Below, in pieces: positions 1 to 12,905 of a stretch of DNA of 64,000 nt. Position 1 is the first letter of the stretch. Each line of letters begins with the position of its first letter. A model generated the notes under the pieces. It was not told the origin of the DNA, searched no databases, and saw nothing but the letters and a program-made list of their open reading frames with translations. The translations under genes and the position numbers were made by a program. This DNA is from Octopus vulgaris (taxonomy: Eukaryota), in the NCBI GenBank assembly GCA_951406725.2, contig OX597821.1, positions 101,990,001-102,054,000 on the forward strand, written 5' to 3'.

Positions 1-1340
1 ACACACACACACATATGTGCAGTCTCACACACATTCACATATATATGTATACAATAGGCTTGAATATAGTTTCCATCTGTCAAATCCACTCGCAAGACAT
101 TGATCTGCCTACAACTATAGCAGAAAATACTTGCCTAATGTACCGTGCAGTGAAATTGAAACTGAAATACACATGATTACAAAGAGAACTTCTTAACCAC
201 ACTCTCATGCTTATATCTATCTAACTATCTATCTCATTTCATCCATCTTACATTCTGAGTTCAAATTCTGCCAAGATCAACTTTGCCTTTCATCCTTTCG
301 GAGCTGATAAAATAAGTACTAGTTGAACACTAAGGTTGATTTAACTGACTTACCCCCTCCCCCAAAATTGCTGGCCTTAACTCAAAATTTGAAACTTATA
401 TTTCTAATGCTATTTCTGAAGCCCTTAAAAAGATTGAATTAATGACATTAAAACTGATAATCCCACTCTAAGTAAATATGGCATCAAACATGAACCTCTG
501 GGAGAGCCTCTGGGTGCTCATGTCTAACCCTCTTGAAATATCAACCAAATCTCCCTCAGAAAACATCCAACAGTCTCAAAAAGGAAGAACATATTAGACA
601 ATGTTGACCTAGATATTGAAGGCACGTGACTTATTGATTTGGGTATTGGGTTCACAATCATAAGGTTGCAAGCTCAATTTCCAGTGATGCACTGAGTCCT
701 TCAGTAAGATTCTTTATTGTTCCCGTTCATTCAGCTGCTAAAGATAAGTAGTGCCTGTATTTCAAAGACTAGCCTTGTCACATTCTGTGTCATTCTGGGA
801 ACTACATTAACAGTATGCATGTCTGTGGAGTGCTCAACCACTTGCACATTAATTTCATGAGCAGGCTGTTCAGTTGATCAACTCAACTGGAACTCTCATT
901 GTTGTAAGTGACGGAGTGCCAGTCAGACCTAGATAAAAGATACAGGGTGGTCATGGTTGGAATTCCTTGGATTATAGGATAGATCAGTCAGAATTGGTCT
1001 AAGCAACTGTAGCACAAGATTTGACAGAAATTCTAAATGGCTGTGCAGCTACCAAAATTTCACCTCAAGAAATTTCTATACTGTTGTTATCATGAGCACC
1101 ACATGTTTAAAATTCTATGATTACAGTGTATATTAGTGTTCAATACAAATATAAAAACAAAGAGTTCTCAAAAAGAGTAATGCGCAAAATCCTTTTTCAC
1201 TCTGGATGCAAGGCCTGAAATTTGGAGAATGGGGATTGTTGATTACATCAACCCCAGTGCTCAACTGATATTTATTTCATCAACCCTGAAAGGATGAAAG
1301 GCACAGTTGAACTCAGGATGTAAATAATAATACACAAAAT

Positions 1341-1558
1341 ATTCTTTTCTGCTCTGGGCACAAGGCCTGAAATTTTAGGAGGGTGGGGGGTCAGTCGATT
1401 AGATTGACCCCAGAATGTAACCGGTACTTAATTTATTGACCCCAAAAGGATGAAAGGCCAAGTCAACCTCGGCAGAATTTGAACTCAGTACGTAAAGACA
1501 GATGAAATACCACTAAGCATTTCGCCCAGTGTGCTAATGTTTCTGCCAGCTTGCCACC
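1341..1558 (-). mobile_element. tRNA-derived SINE, family B
   Basis: Head GG(C/T)GG..AGCTGGCAGAAAC and core GGTCGACTTTGCCTTTCATCCTTTCGGGGTCGAT; TSD TACACAAAATA. Confidence 0.85.
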
Positions 1559-2016
1559 TTACACAAAATAAGTATTATCTTCTCTTCACTGAGGCAAAGT
1601 TTGCTGAACTAATACCAGGACCAACAAAAAGAAGAAATAAATCTTTGTAATCAAAAAAGAACAGAGTATATTATATTTATTGATGTATGACATGCACTCA
1701 TATATAATATTAAATCCAAAATAAATATATCTTATGTACAGTGACATTTTTTACTATTGTGATTTATGGAAAAAGAAAGTGCTTGCTCACTTGTAGTTCT
1801 AATTGGTGTGTAGCTGCGTATATAAAATACATTGCAAAAGCTCAGGCACCCTCAACCAAAAAAGTAGATTTGAAAGTGACCTTTGAACTTTTCCAATGTA
1901 GACCATAAAAGTGCATTTGCAGTAAAGTTAACATTGTCTAAATCATATTAACCTTTTTTTTATTTCATGATAAAAAAAGTGCTTATTTTACAAGAACAAA
2001 AACAATGAACAATATA

Positions 2017-2450
2017 GGCGTAGGAGTGGCTGTGTGGTAAGTAGTTTACTTACGAGCCACATGGTTCCAGTTTCAGTCCCACTGCATGGCACCTTGGGCA
2101 AGTGTCTTCTGCTATAGCCTCAGGCCAACCAAAGCCTTGTGGGTGGATTTTGTAGACAGAAACTGAAAGAAGCCCATCGTATATATGTATGTATGTATGT
2201 ATATATATATATATTTATATATGTATGTATGCATGTGTATATGTTTATGTGTCTGTGTTTACCCCCCCCCCCCCAACATCGCTTGACAACCGATGCTGGT
2301 GTGTTTACGTCCCCGTAACTTAACAGTTCGGCAAAAGAGACAGATAGAATAAGTACTAGGCTTACAAAGAATAAGTCCTGGGGTCGATTTGCTTGACTAA
2401 AGGCGGTGCTCCAGCATGGCTACAGTTACATGACTGAAACAAGTAAAAGA
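2017..2450 (+). mobile_element. tRNA-derived SINE, family A
   Basis: Head GGCGxAGGAGTGGCTGTGTGGTAAG with A/B-box-like motifs, a central (TA/TG)n and the tail GACTGAAACAAGTAAAAGA. Confidence 0.85.
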
Positions 2451-2866
2451 ATGTGAAAGAATTCATCAAATGCTATCTAGTATCAGTAGTACACCTAAGG
2501 TGGAGTAATGGGAGCAGTCTACCTCAGGCAACACTTTTAAGGGGTCAACACTTTTGAGTCAACTATATAAGCCATATGGGGTGGTGCTGAGCGTGAGGCA
2601 AACTCAACAGCTGCTTGGATGGCCCATGCTCTAAGCTATGCCATTGTGCAGCTGCTACTCAGTGGCATAACTTAGAGTAGAAGCATATTGATTAACTATT
2701 CTACATTGTATTGTTGTTTAACCCCGGCTCATTTCAGGTCAAATAAACCTATGACCAGAATGCATGTCATTCACAATCATGCAGTTTTTGTTTTGTTTTT
2801 CAGTATATAGAATTACATCATCTTCCGTGTATATTTAAGAATGCAAGATGTAATTTGAGAGATTTA

Positions 2867-3388
2867 CCGTAAATCCTCAAGTATTGTCCGCCCTTGAGTA
2901 TAATACGCAGGGGATTTTTAGGGGGCTGTAAATCTGAAAAACCTAAACCTTGTGTATAATACGCACCCCTTCTCTAACTTGAGTTGTGCGTAATTAAGCC
3001 AGCACTACCTAGTCAAACAAACACTTCCGCGCATGTGTAATACAATAATAGTGATGTTTTTAACTGTTATATGGGAATGTAAATATGTTTGCAAATTGTT
3101 TTTGTTACATGTTATTCTGTGTTCTGAATACTTTTATTTTAATAAATGTTGCTTACTGCAAGTTATAGATGATTCTTTTATAACTTCATTGTTTTCAGGT
3201 TTAGCTTAAGGTATTTTCGCGCCCGACATCACAAAATGCATTTGAATAAACATTGCCAGACAGCAAATAGAAACTCGAACATTGCTTAGAAAATATTTTT
3301 CATTTTTAACCTCATATATAGTACGCACTAGGGATTTTGACCTTTAAATTTTGGAAAAAAAATGCAGATTATACTCGAGGATTTACAG
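2867..3388. mobile_element. Non-autonomous pogo/Tc1-mariner-type MITE
   Basis: TIRs CCGTAAATCCTC(A/G)AGTAT ... ATACTCGAGGATTTACAG, flanked by TA. Confidence 0.85.
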
Positions 3389-3529
3389 TAGTTGCTATTT
3401 CTAACAGATAGACTGACCACGTTGAAGCTCCCTTGTATTATTCTTTAACCTTTTAGCATTCAGATTACTGAATCAAGTGTAACATTTATTTATTCACATT
3501 GTTTTGAATTAATCATGCATTATCTTGCT

Positions 3530-3885
3530 CAGCATATCAATCTCCTGAGAACCATTCAAAAATGTGCAACCAGACGAACACCCACTGTCAGGCATGTAAC
3601 ATACATTGAACGTCTTGCTTCTGTTGTCATGGACGCATTAAAACTTCTCTTGGCACGGACTGACTTGGCAACCGACTTGGTAGAAACTCACAAGATTATC
3701 CAGCATCTTTCTAACAACAGCCTTGAGCATCTTTTTGAATTCCATGTGTCTAACACTCATGGACAGGCTTACAAAATCAAGAAACAACACAGCACTATGA
3801 ATTTCAGAAACATTTTTTCAGACTCAGAATTGCTGAAGCATCGAATAAACTGCCTGCATCAGTCGTTAGCTGTCAGAGAACTACA
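3530..3885 (+). mobile_element. Degraded CR1 3' fragment
   Basis: Similar to 21340-21700 (TIQKCATRR...SNTHGQAYKIKKQHS). Confidence 0.8.
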
Positions 3886-4946
3886 TTACCATATTGTCAT
3901 AAAAATAGAACATATCATAGTGATAGATTTACAAAAAAGACAGGATATTCAAAGCTGGAATGTCTTTCATTGTGGGCATGTTCTGCCAGGGGAAACCTAA
4001 GTTAAGCAAGAATTTGTTGGCCTGTAAAGCCAACATTTCACACTTGGGTCTATTGCATCTAAAGACATTTATTTAAACATATATATACACAAATATGTGT
4101 TTGTGTGTGCATGTGTGTTTATCTGTTGATCCCCCAATTAGTGATAAATTACAGGAGTCAGTATGTACACATTTCCAATTGTTCAGCTGATAATCGGAGC
4201 CTCTTTTCCCCATGCAATATCTGTTGTTTTTGAAAGGAGACCCAGATTACCACTTGAATGATCAGAAACATGTGTCTTTCAGTTATGTGTGTGTGTGTGT
4301 GCACGTACATATATGTTGGTGCAGGCATGGCTGTGTGGTAAGAAGTTTGTTTCTCAACCACATGGTTCTAAGTTCAGTCTCACTGCATGGTATCTTGGGC
4401 AAGTGTCTTCTACTATGGCCTTGAGCCAACTGAAGCCTTGTGTGTGGATTTGGTAGATGGAAACTGAAAGGAGCTTGTTGTGTTTGTGTGTCTTTGTGTT
4501 TGTCCCCCTAACAATTCTTAACAACCAGTGTAACTTAGTGGTACAAGAAAAGAGACTGATAGGTTAAATACCAATCTTTAACAAGAAATATGTAGTGGCT
4601 TGGAGGTGGTGAGTGGGTGATTCAATTCAATGAATCCCTTCAAGGTGGTGCCCCAGCTTGGCTGCAGTCCAGTGGCTGAAACAAGTAAAAGACAAAAGAT
4701 AAAAGAGATATATCTGTGTGTCATACAAGTGGTGTCCTTTGTTTCCAAATAGGGAAATATTATCTTGGTTGGAAACAGATGAGTTTGGCAATAAGAAGGG
4801 CATCCACCAGTAAAAAAAATCTGCCTCAATGAATTCAATGTAACCCATACAAAGCATGCAAAAATGGACTTTAAAACAATGATGATGATGATGATAATGA
4901 TGTATGTATATCAAGTTACTATGTTCTATTGGAACTTAAGCAAATA

Positions 4947-5340
4947 GGCGCAGGAGTGGCTGTGGTAAGTAGCTTGCTTACAAACCACATGGTTCCAGGT
5001 TCAGTCCCACTGCGTGGCACCTTGGGCAAGTGTCTTTTACTATAGCCTCGGGCCGACCAAAGCCTTGCGAGTGGATTTGGTAGACGGAAACTGAAAAGAA
5101 GCCCGTTGTATATATGTATGTGTGTGTGTGTGTTTGTGTGTCTGTATTTGTCCCCTCCAACATCGCTTGACAACCGATGCTGGTGTGTTTATGTCCCTGT
5201 AACTTATCAGTTCAGCAAAAGAGACCGATAGAATAAGTACTAGGCTTACAAAGAATAAGTCCTGGGGTCGATTTGCTCAACTAAAGGCGGTGCTGCAGCA
5301 TGGCCGCAGTCAAATGACTGAAACAAGTAAAAGAGTAAGA
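4947..5340 (+). mobile_element. SINE family A
   Basis: Near-identical to 2017 and 34210; more diverged copies at 4320-4700 and 5995-6430. Confidence 0.85.
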
Positions 5341-5494
5341 GTAAATACGACATTGTGCATTGCTTAAAACGTCACAAAAACTATAGCAAAGTTTGAATTG
5401 ATGATTTGATACTCAGAAGCCAAATATTTTAACTTCACAATCATCATTGACAAATGGAAAATATTTATGTTTCATTTCTTTATATTTATATTTC

Positions 5495-5610
5495 CCATAT
5501 GTTTTTAGTGTTTATTATTCTTGTGCATTTGCCACAAACGACGTCTACTTTCTCTGTTAATCTTCCAGTGATACCACTGCACCTTTTGTGTGTCTACAGT
5601 TTATATCCAG
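5495..5610 (-). mobile_element. Short RTE fragment
   Basis: Reverse complement of the 8027-8140 zinc-finger region. Confidence 0.7.
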
Positions 5611-5920
5611 CTTAGTGGTTAGGGCATTTGGCTACGATTGTAAGGTCGGGAGTTTGATTCCCGACAATGCGTTGTGTCCTTGAGCAAGACACTTTATTTC
5701 ACGTTGCTCCAGTCCACTCAGCTGGCAAAAATGAGTCGTACCTGTATTTCAAAGGGCCGGCCTTGTCACACTCTGTGTCACGCTGAATCTCCCTAAGAAC
5801 TACGTTAGGGGTATGCGTGTCTGTGGATTGCTCAGTCATTTGCACGTTAATTTTATGAGCAGGCTGTTCCGTAGATCGTATCAGCTGGGACCCTCGTCAT
5901 CATAACAGATGGAGTGCTCC
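5610..5920 (+). mobile_element. tRNA-derived SINE, family C
   Basis: CTTAGTGGTTAG head and GTGTCCTTGAGCAAGACACTTTA core; related copies at 620-925(+), 6838-7177(-), 35636(+) and 52900(+). Confidence 0.75.
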
Positions 5921-7764
5921 CCATAGTATCAATGTGCCAAAAGCTTATATATATATTTGTTGGTGAATCATTAGTTAAGCTCTTGTTATGTTTATATGGC
6001 TATATAGTTTAAGAAACTCACTTTTGCAACCACATGGTTTCAAGTTCAGTCCCACTGTGCATCGCCTTGGGCAAGTGTCTTCTACTATACCCCCAGGCCA
6101 AATCGTGTAGACAGAAACTGTGTAGAAACCTGTTGTGTGTGTGTGTGTGTGCCTGTGTGTGTCTGTGTGTGTGTGCCTGTGTGTGTCTGTGTCTGTGTTA
6201 TCACCTTCACACACACAAACACACACACGCACATACACACACACTTGACAATTGATCTTCATTTGTTTATATCCCCATAACTTAGCAGTTTGGCAAAAGA
6301 GACTGAAAGAACAAGTATCAGACTTTAAAAGTAAGTACTGGGGTCAGGTTGATTTATTCAACTAAAACCCTGCAAGGCAAGGTCCCAGCATGGCCACAGT
6401 CCAATGCTTGAAACAAAAAAAAAAAGATAAATAATAAAAAAGGTATAGCCATAATATTTTTGTAGCCCAGTTCAAGGGTTCACATTATTCGTTGATTACA
6501 ACATCACTAAATCCCACAGACTCATGTATCATATCTGCATAGAAATAGGTTATGTGTACTTATACTGACATATTTTGGACACAGTATGTTATTACATATG
6601 TATTCATAAATATAAAAATGTAAAAAACACTATATCATATATTCATGTGACAAATTAGTTAATTCATGTACTCTCTGGTGTATTTTCTTCGTATGAAATA
6701 CAGGCATATTTTTACAAAATATTTTTACCATTTGACCTTTTACGATTTTTTTCAAATTTTTATGAAGAAACAATTTGAGATATGTCAAAAACATTTGGCA
6801 AAATTTTATTCTTTATGAAGCTATAGACTGTCTTTATGGAACTGAGACCCCCTTCGGTCATGACTGACCATGGGATTGCACCTAGAAAGTTACCCTCCCA
6901 GGCACAAGTCCAGGCAAGGTTGTTTATGGAAGACCAGCAGTCACCCATGCACACTGGCCTCCCCTCTCCATGCCACCAGTGTTATCCAAGGGAAAGGCAA
7001 CAGCAGATACAGCTTGGCATCTGTGACGTCGAAACTCATTTCTACAGCTGAGTGAACTGGAGCAACGTGAAATAAAGTGTCTTGCTCAAGAACACAACAC
7101 GCAGCGTGGTCCAGGATTCAAACTCACAGCCTCACGATCGTAAGCTCGACACTCTAACCACTGAGCCATGCGCCTTCACTTATGAAACTAGATCCTAATA
7201 TAACTACAATATACCAGACTTTAAAAAAAAATATCTTTTATTTTTTTCATGTTCATCCAGGGAGAAACAACTATGTCCATGAGACCTGAGAAATTTATCT
7301 TTGTGCTTTGAAAGCAATAAAGAAGTTGTGTGATGACAATATGATTTATATTTTTGTTTGCAATGGTGAAGGATAGAAATGGTCTCAGAAATCCTTGTTC
7401 TGGTATTCAGACTTTTGAGCTTCAAACAGACTGATGATATTTGCCTAAAGACTTATCAAAACAATCAGATACCAAACATCACTCTAGACCAGTGGTTCTC
7501 AACCACTTTTTACCTATGGACACCTTTGATTCCTATTTTACCTGGGTTTGTGCTCTCTTCCAAATAAGGCAAATGCAGAAGTATTTAGCAAAAAGTCCCT
7601 TGCTCCATGATCTGGTGGTCACTGCAGAAATTAGGTGTAGATGAATGGCAGCTGAGAATTGTCCAAGCCTTGTATATGGGTGATGAGTGTAAGGTGAGAG
7701 TTAACAAGTACAGTGATGAATTAAGTGTGCAAGTAGGAGTTCACTAGCTCGCAGTCCCTTCCTG

Positions 7765-9200
7765 ATTGTCAATGTCCTCCAGGCCATGATAGAGAAGTTT
7801 AAGACCAGTTGTCTTGTGAGAACGCCTCTGTGCTGATGACTTTGTTCTTATAGCTGAATCTGTAGTAGGAATTAGGAAAGAAATTCCAAATGTGGAATCA
7901 AAGAACCTTAGCCGAGAAAAGACTAAAGTTCTAGTGAGCAAGAAAACAGACAATACACTAATCTCTTCAGGAAAATGGCCTTGTTTGATATGTAGAAAAG
8001 GTGTAGGTAGAAAATCCATAGTGTACTGGATGTAAACTATAGACACACAAATGGTGCAATGGTATCACTGGAAGATTAACAGAGAAAGTAGGTTTCATTT
8101 GTGGCAAATGCACAAGAACAATAAACACTAAAAACATATGGGAAATAGATTTTCTCAAATGCCCAGGAGGATCCTTAGAGGTAGTTGACAGTTTCTGTTA
8201 TTTAGGTGACCTAATTAGCAGTGGAGGGGGATGTTCTGAAAGGATAAAGACTGGTTGGAGAAAGTGCCGATAGCTATTACCTCTGTTGGTAACAAAAGGC
8301 CTCTTTCTCAGCATGAAAAAGTAGATTGGGTGATGCTTGTGTATGAGCAGTAAAACTATATGGTAGTGAAATGTGGGCCATGTGAAGACTAGGAAGAAAT
8401 GAAACTAGCATGCTCCTCTAGATGTGCAATGTCAGTGTGCATGTATGACAAAATGTAAATATGCTGAGAGAAAAATTGGGCATAAGAGATATCAAATGTA
8501 GTGTGCAATAGAGAAGACTGCTGATAAGTTCATGTGATGCATACGCATGAGGACAATTGCACAAAGAAGTGCCAATTGCTAAATGTGGACAGAACTCATA
8601 GAAGAGAGAAACATGATAAGACATGGAACTTTAGTAATGGAAGGCAAGGTTTACGATATCAGAAGAATATTGTCTCCTTCCATCATCTTTTTGTTCTTCA
8701 TGTAGTTCAGGCTTTCGGCAGGCGAAAAGAGAAAACTTCAAGTACAAATGCTATTTTACAAATGGTTTATTTACAAGATTCACAGGATAGGTGTGATGTA
8801 CTGCTCTCAGCTACCATCTTTAGCTGTGTGTGTTGTGTACGTAGCTCCATTAGTGCAAGCTCATTGCCTCTGGAGATAGACAGGTCCAGCTAGTGGTGGT
8901 GTTCACAAAGTGGCACCAAAAAGAGGGAGATTTGAATCGGGTTTTCCCCTTTATATAGGTTTTCCCATTGCGAGCCTCGTTGTGATCTCACACATGGCAA
9001 ATGGATGCAGGTGAGGTCCCACTCCAGTCTTGGAGATGGTAATGGCTGCCGCGAGATCTCAGCCAATATGGCGCTGGTTGCTTGTGTCGCTACAGAACAA
9101 AGTAGGGAAGACCAATTATAGGTTGTTGAACCTCACAAAGGAGATGACAAAGGGCTAAGGCCTGTCCTTCTCAGAAAAAGTTAGGTCCTAAAAGCATATC
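7765..9200 (+). mobile_element. Degraded RTE-clade LINE ORF2 C-terminal part, interrupted by a solo-LTR-like insertion
   Basis: Frameshifted remnants: (Y/C)ADDFVLIAES, KTKVL, a Cys/His finger, DSFCYLGD, LYGSEMW and LREKLGI. Confidence 0.8.
8630..9094 (+). mobile_element. Solo-LTR-like element, 465 bp, with a 4-bp TSD
   Basis: GAAC duplicated at 8626-8629 and 9095-9098; termini TTTAG...CTACA; it splits the RTE sequence; further copies at 10445 and 12120. Confidence 0.7.
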
Positions 9201-9599
9201 ATTAATGTCTATTCCTTTGCACCTAATCTGTACCTGTCAAGCCTACAACTCATCTTTGTAAGACCCATCACTCCTCCAACTTTTTAACTACAGCACTATT
9301 TCCTCAGCTACCATAATCACATGAGAGTAGAACTGCACATATTCCATCCCACCATTTTTGTGCTACCAGTTATCCATCCTCTTGCCAGCCATCCAGCACT
9401 ACCAATGTCATCCTTTACCATTTTATTTCCAATGAATGCCTCTCACCCTGCTCAAAAAATGTCTCTTATATCAATTATGTCAATTAGAAACAAATGGTAC
9501 CATTTGCATAATGTGTTTACAGAGAAACCTGGAAACAAAAAACATTATTTGTATGATGGTACTGCTTGTTTACAACCAGCATGTGATGTAAAGACAAAG

Positions 9600-9645
<46 letters not shown>

Positions 9646-9647
<2 letters not shown>

Positions 9648-9869
9648 TTCTTATTTCTTTATTGCCCACAAAGGGCTAAACATACAGAGGACAATCAAGG
9701 ACAAAGGGATTACATCGACCCCAGTGCGTAACTGGTATTTAATTTATCTACCCCGAAAGGATGAAAGGCAAAGTCGACCTCAGCAGAATTTGAACTCAGA
9801 ACGTAAAGACAGGCGAAATACCATTAAGCATTTCGCCTGGCGTGCTAACGATTCTGCCAGATCACCACC
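9646..9869 (-). mobile_element. SINE family B
   Basis: Same core and the AAAGAAATA tail; another copy at 28841-29064(+). Confidence 0.8.
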
Positions 9870-10745
9870 TGGCAGAATCATTAGCTTCTTTCAATTTCTG
9901 TCAACCAAATCCACAACAAGGCACTTTGATAGCCCATGGCCAGAGTAGAAGGACACTGGCCTAAAGTGTCACACAGTGGGACTGAACATGAAACCACTTG
10001 ATTGGGGAAGTAAGCTTCTTAACTGTTCAGTCACACTTGCAACCTTAGCCATGAAGCAATAAAATAATACGCATCAAACTATGAATCAGTTGATAAACAA
10101 AACCAAATATGTAGAAGGGTTGTGCTGTGATATGATGTCACCTACAGATTACTGTGGCCTGAAATTAATGCCTGTTCATAAGAAATGAAAGTGGAGAATG
10201 CTGAATTGTAACAAGAGGGAATTGAAAAATTATTATTAAGACACAAAGCAGTGAGAGTTTAAAAAAGTTTCAGAAGCACTGCTATAGAGCAACAGAAAAA
10301 TCCCCAACTTACTAAGTAAAACTTATATTTGAAAATACATCTTTATAAATCTAATCTGTTTATCTTTTATCTTGTACTAGCACAGGCATCAGAGTGTGAT
10401 AAGAAACTTCTTATCACACTCTGATGCCTGATAAGACATGGAACTTTAGTAATGGAAGGCAAGGATTATGATATCAGAAAAATATTGTCTCCTTCCATCA
10501 TCTTTTTGCCCTTCATGTAGTTCAGGCTTTCGGCAGGCAAAGAGAGAAAACTTCAAGTACAAATGCTATTTTACAAATGGTTTATTTACAAGATTCACAG
10601 GATACTGCATGTTTTGGGTTCAATTCCCATTGCATGGAACTTTAGGCAAGTTTCTTCTACAACAGTCCCAGGTTCATCACAGATTTGTAAGTGGGTTTGG
10701 TAGATGGAAACTGAAAGAAGACTGTCATACACATATAATATATAT

Positions 10746-10898
10746 AGTGGCTGTGTGGTACGTAACTTGCTTACAAATCACAGGTTCAGTCCCACTGTGT
10801 GACACCTTGGGCAAGTGTCTTCTACTATAGCCTCGGACCGACCAAAGCCTTGTGACTGGATTTGGTAGATGGAAACTGAAAGAAGCCCGTCGTATATA

Positions 10899-10952
<54 letters not shown>

Positions 10953-11168
10953 TGTATATGTTTGTGTGTCTGTGTTTGTCCCCCCAACATCGCTTGACAA
11001 CCAATAGTGGTGTATTTACATCCCCCTCACTTAGCAGTTCAGCAAGAGAGACCGATAGAATATGTACTAGGCTTACAAAGAATAAGTCCTGGGGTCAATG
11101 TGCTTGACTAAAGGCAGTGCTCCAGTATGGTCACAATCAAATGACTGAAACAAATAAAAGAATAAAAG
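10746..11168 (+). mobile_element. SINE family A
   Basis: Family A head, body and tail. Confidence 0.8.
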
Positions 11169-11369
11169 GATAATCAGCCAAAATTGCGAGGATAATCTGG
11201 TGCCTGACTGAGGAAAGAAAACTTCAAATGACCTGTCCTTGTTTTCTTTGTATCATCTATCTGGATGTTTTGCGTTCTTGTCCCATTTTGTATTTTATAT
11301 ATATATATAATATAATATGATATAATATATATATATATATATATATATAATATAATATGATATGATATA

Positions 11370-11407
<38 letters not shown>

Positions 11408-12119
11408 GTATATACAAGAATATATGGGTACTGGACGTCACCAATGGTGCAAATAAGATGAAATACATAAACAACAAGAGAAATGGGAAATAGGACAAGT
11501 AAACACAGAGAAAAGATCTTTCATCAATTGTTGGCTGTCTATTAACTCCTCATTTCAAGATTTCAATGACAATATGAGTCTTCAAAGACAATTGCTCTCA
11601 TAAATTCTAAAATAAAATTTAGGATTTGTGGAGGGTCAAAGTTGGGAACAAAATAATGGCAGTGGAGACATACAAAGAAACCAAGCAAAAAGCAAACATA
11701 GAGAGTCGTTAGACCAGAATGAGAGGAAAATAGTGAACGCTGGAAGAAACATTTTTTTGAAAGAAAAAAGATAGAAGAGAGAGAGAAAAAAACACATCCG
11801 CTCTTTTAAACGTCCGTGCAGTGAAAGAAAGATGGTCACATGAGGAAAAGAAAGATGGACGATGGTCACGTGTGATCAATGAGAGAGAGAGAGAAAAAGA
11901 GAAAGAGGGGAGAGAGAGACAGACAGACAGATGGAAAATAGTGAAGGAGAGAGGGGGAGAAAAAAGGGAATTAGAGAAGGATGGAGGAAGATAAACTTCA
12001 AGTCAATATATGTGTCTAGAGAATTTCTAATAGGAGATATTTTACATGACTCTCCTAGATGTAAAACTTTGTAACTCCTATTAGCAAATGAAACATGTGT
12101 AATGGTAATAAATGATACC

Positions 12120-12546
12120 AAAAGTTGGATGAGATCTTGCGGCAGCCATTGCCATCTCTGAGACTGGAGCAAGACCTCACTTGCATCCATTTGCCATGCG
12201 TGAGATCACAACAAGGCTTGTGATGGAAACTATATAAAGGGAAAACCCGATTCAAATCTCTCTCTTTTGGTGCCACCTTCACAGCAGTGCTGGCTGAACA
12301 ACCTCACTGGCTGGAAGCAATTTGTGCCTACACTAATGGAGCTATGTACACAACGCATACAGCTAAAGATGGTAGCTGAGAGTATCACACTTCACCTATC
12401 CTGTAAATAAACTGGTTGCAAATAGCGTTTGTACTTGAAGTTTTCTCTCTTTGCCTGCTGGAAGCCTGAACTACATGAAGAACAAAAAGACGATGGAAGG
12501 AGACGATATTCTTCCAATATCGTAAACTTTGCCTTCCATTATTAAA
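12120..12546 (-). mobile_element. Second copy of the solo-LTR-like element
   Basis: Reverse complement of 8630-9065, moderately diverged. Confidence 0.75.
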
Positions 12547-12599
12547 GGTCTGACAATGCAAGAACACTATGTTTAAATGTTTTTAGTTGAACCTATCTA

Positions 12600-12905
12600 A
12601 TCCAGGGACACATTAAAGCTCCAATGTCTGGCAACTGACTTAGTAAGGATGCACAAGATTATCTACCATCTTTCCAACAACAATGTTGGGCACCTTCTTG
12701 AATTCCATATGTCAAACACTCATGGACATGCTTACAAAATCAAAAAACAACACAGCACCCATGACTTTCAGAAACATTTTTTCACACTCAGAATTGCTGA
12801 AGTGTGGAATAAACTATCCACATCAATTGTTAGCTGTTGAGACACTACATCTTTCAAACTTCCATACTTCATGAAATTCGCCAATAGTACACCTAATGTC
12901 CCCTA
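12600..12905 (+). mobile_element. Degraded CR1 3' fragment
   Basis: HKIIYHLSNN...HDFQKHFFTLRIAEVWNKL matches the ORF2 C-terminus of the 19 kb element. Confidence 0.8.
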
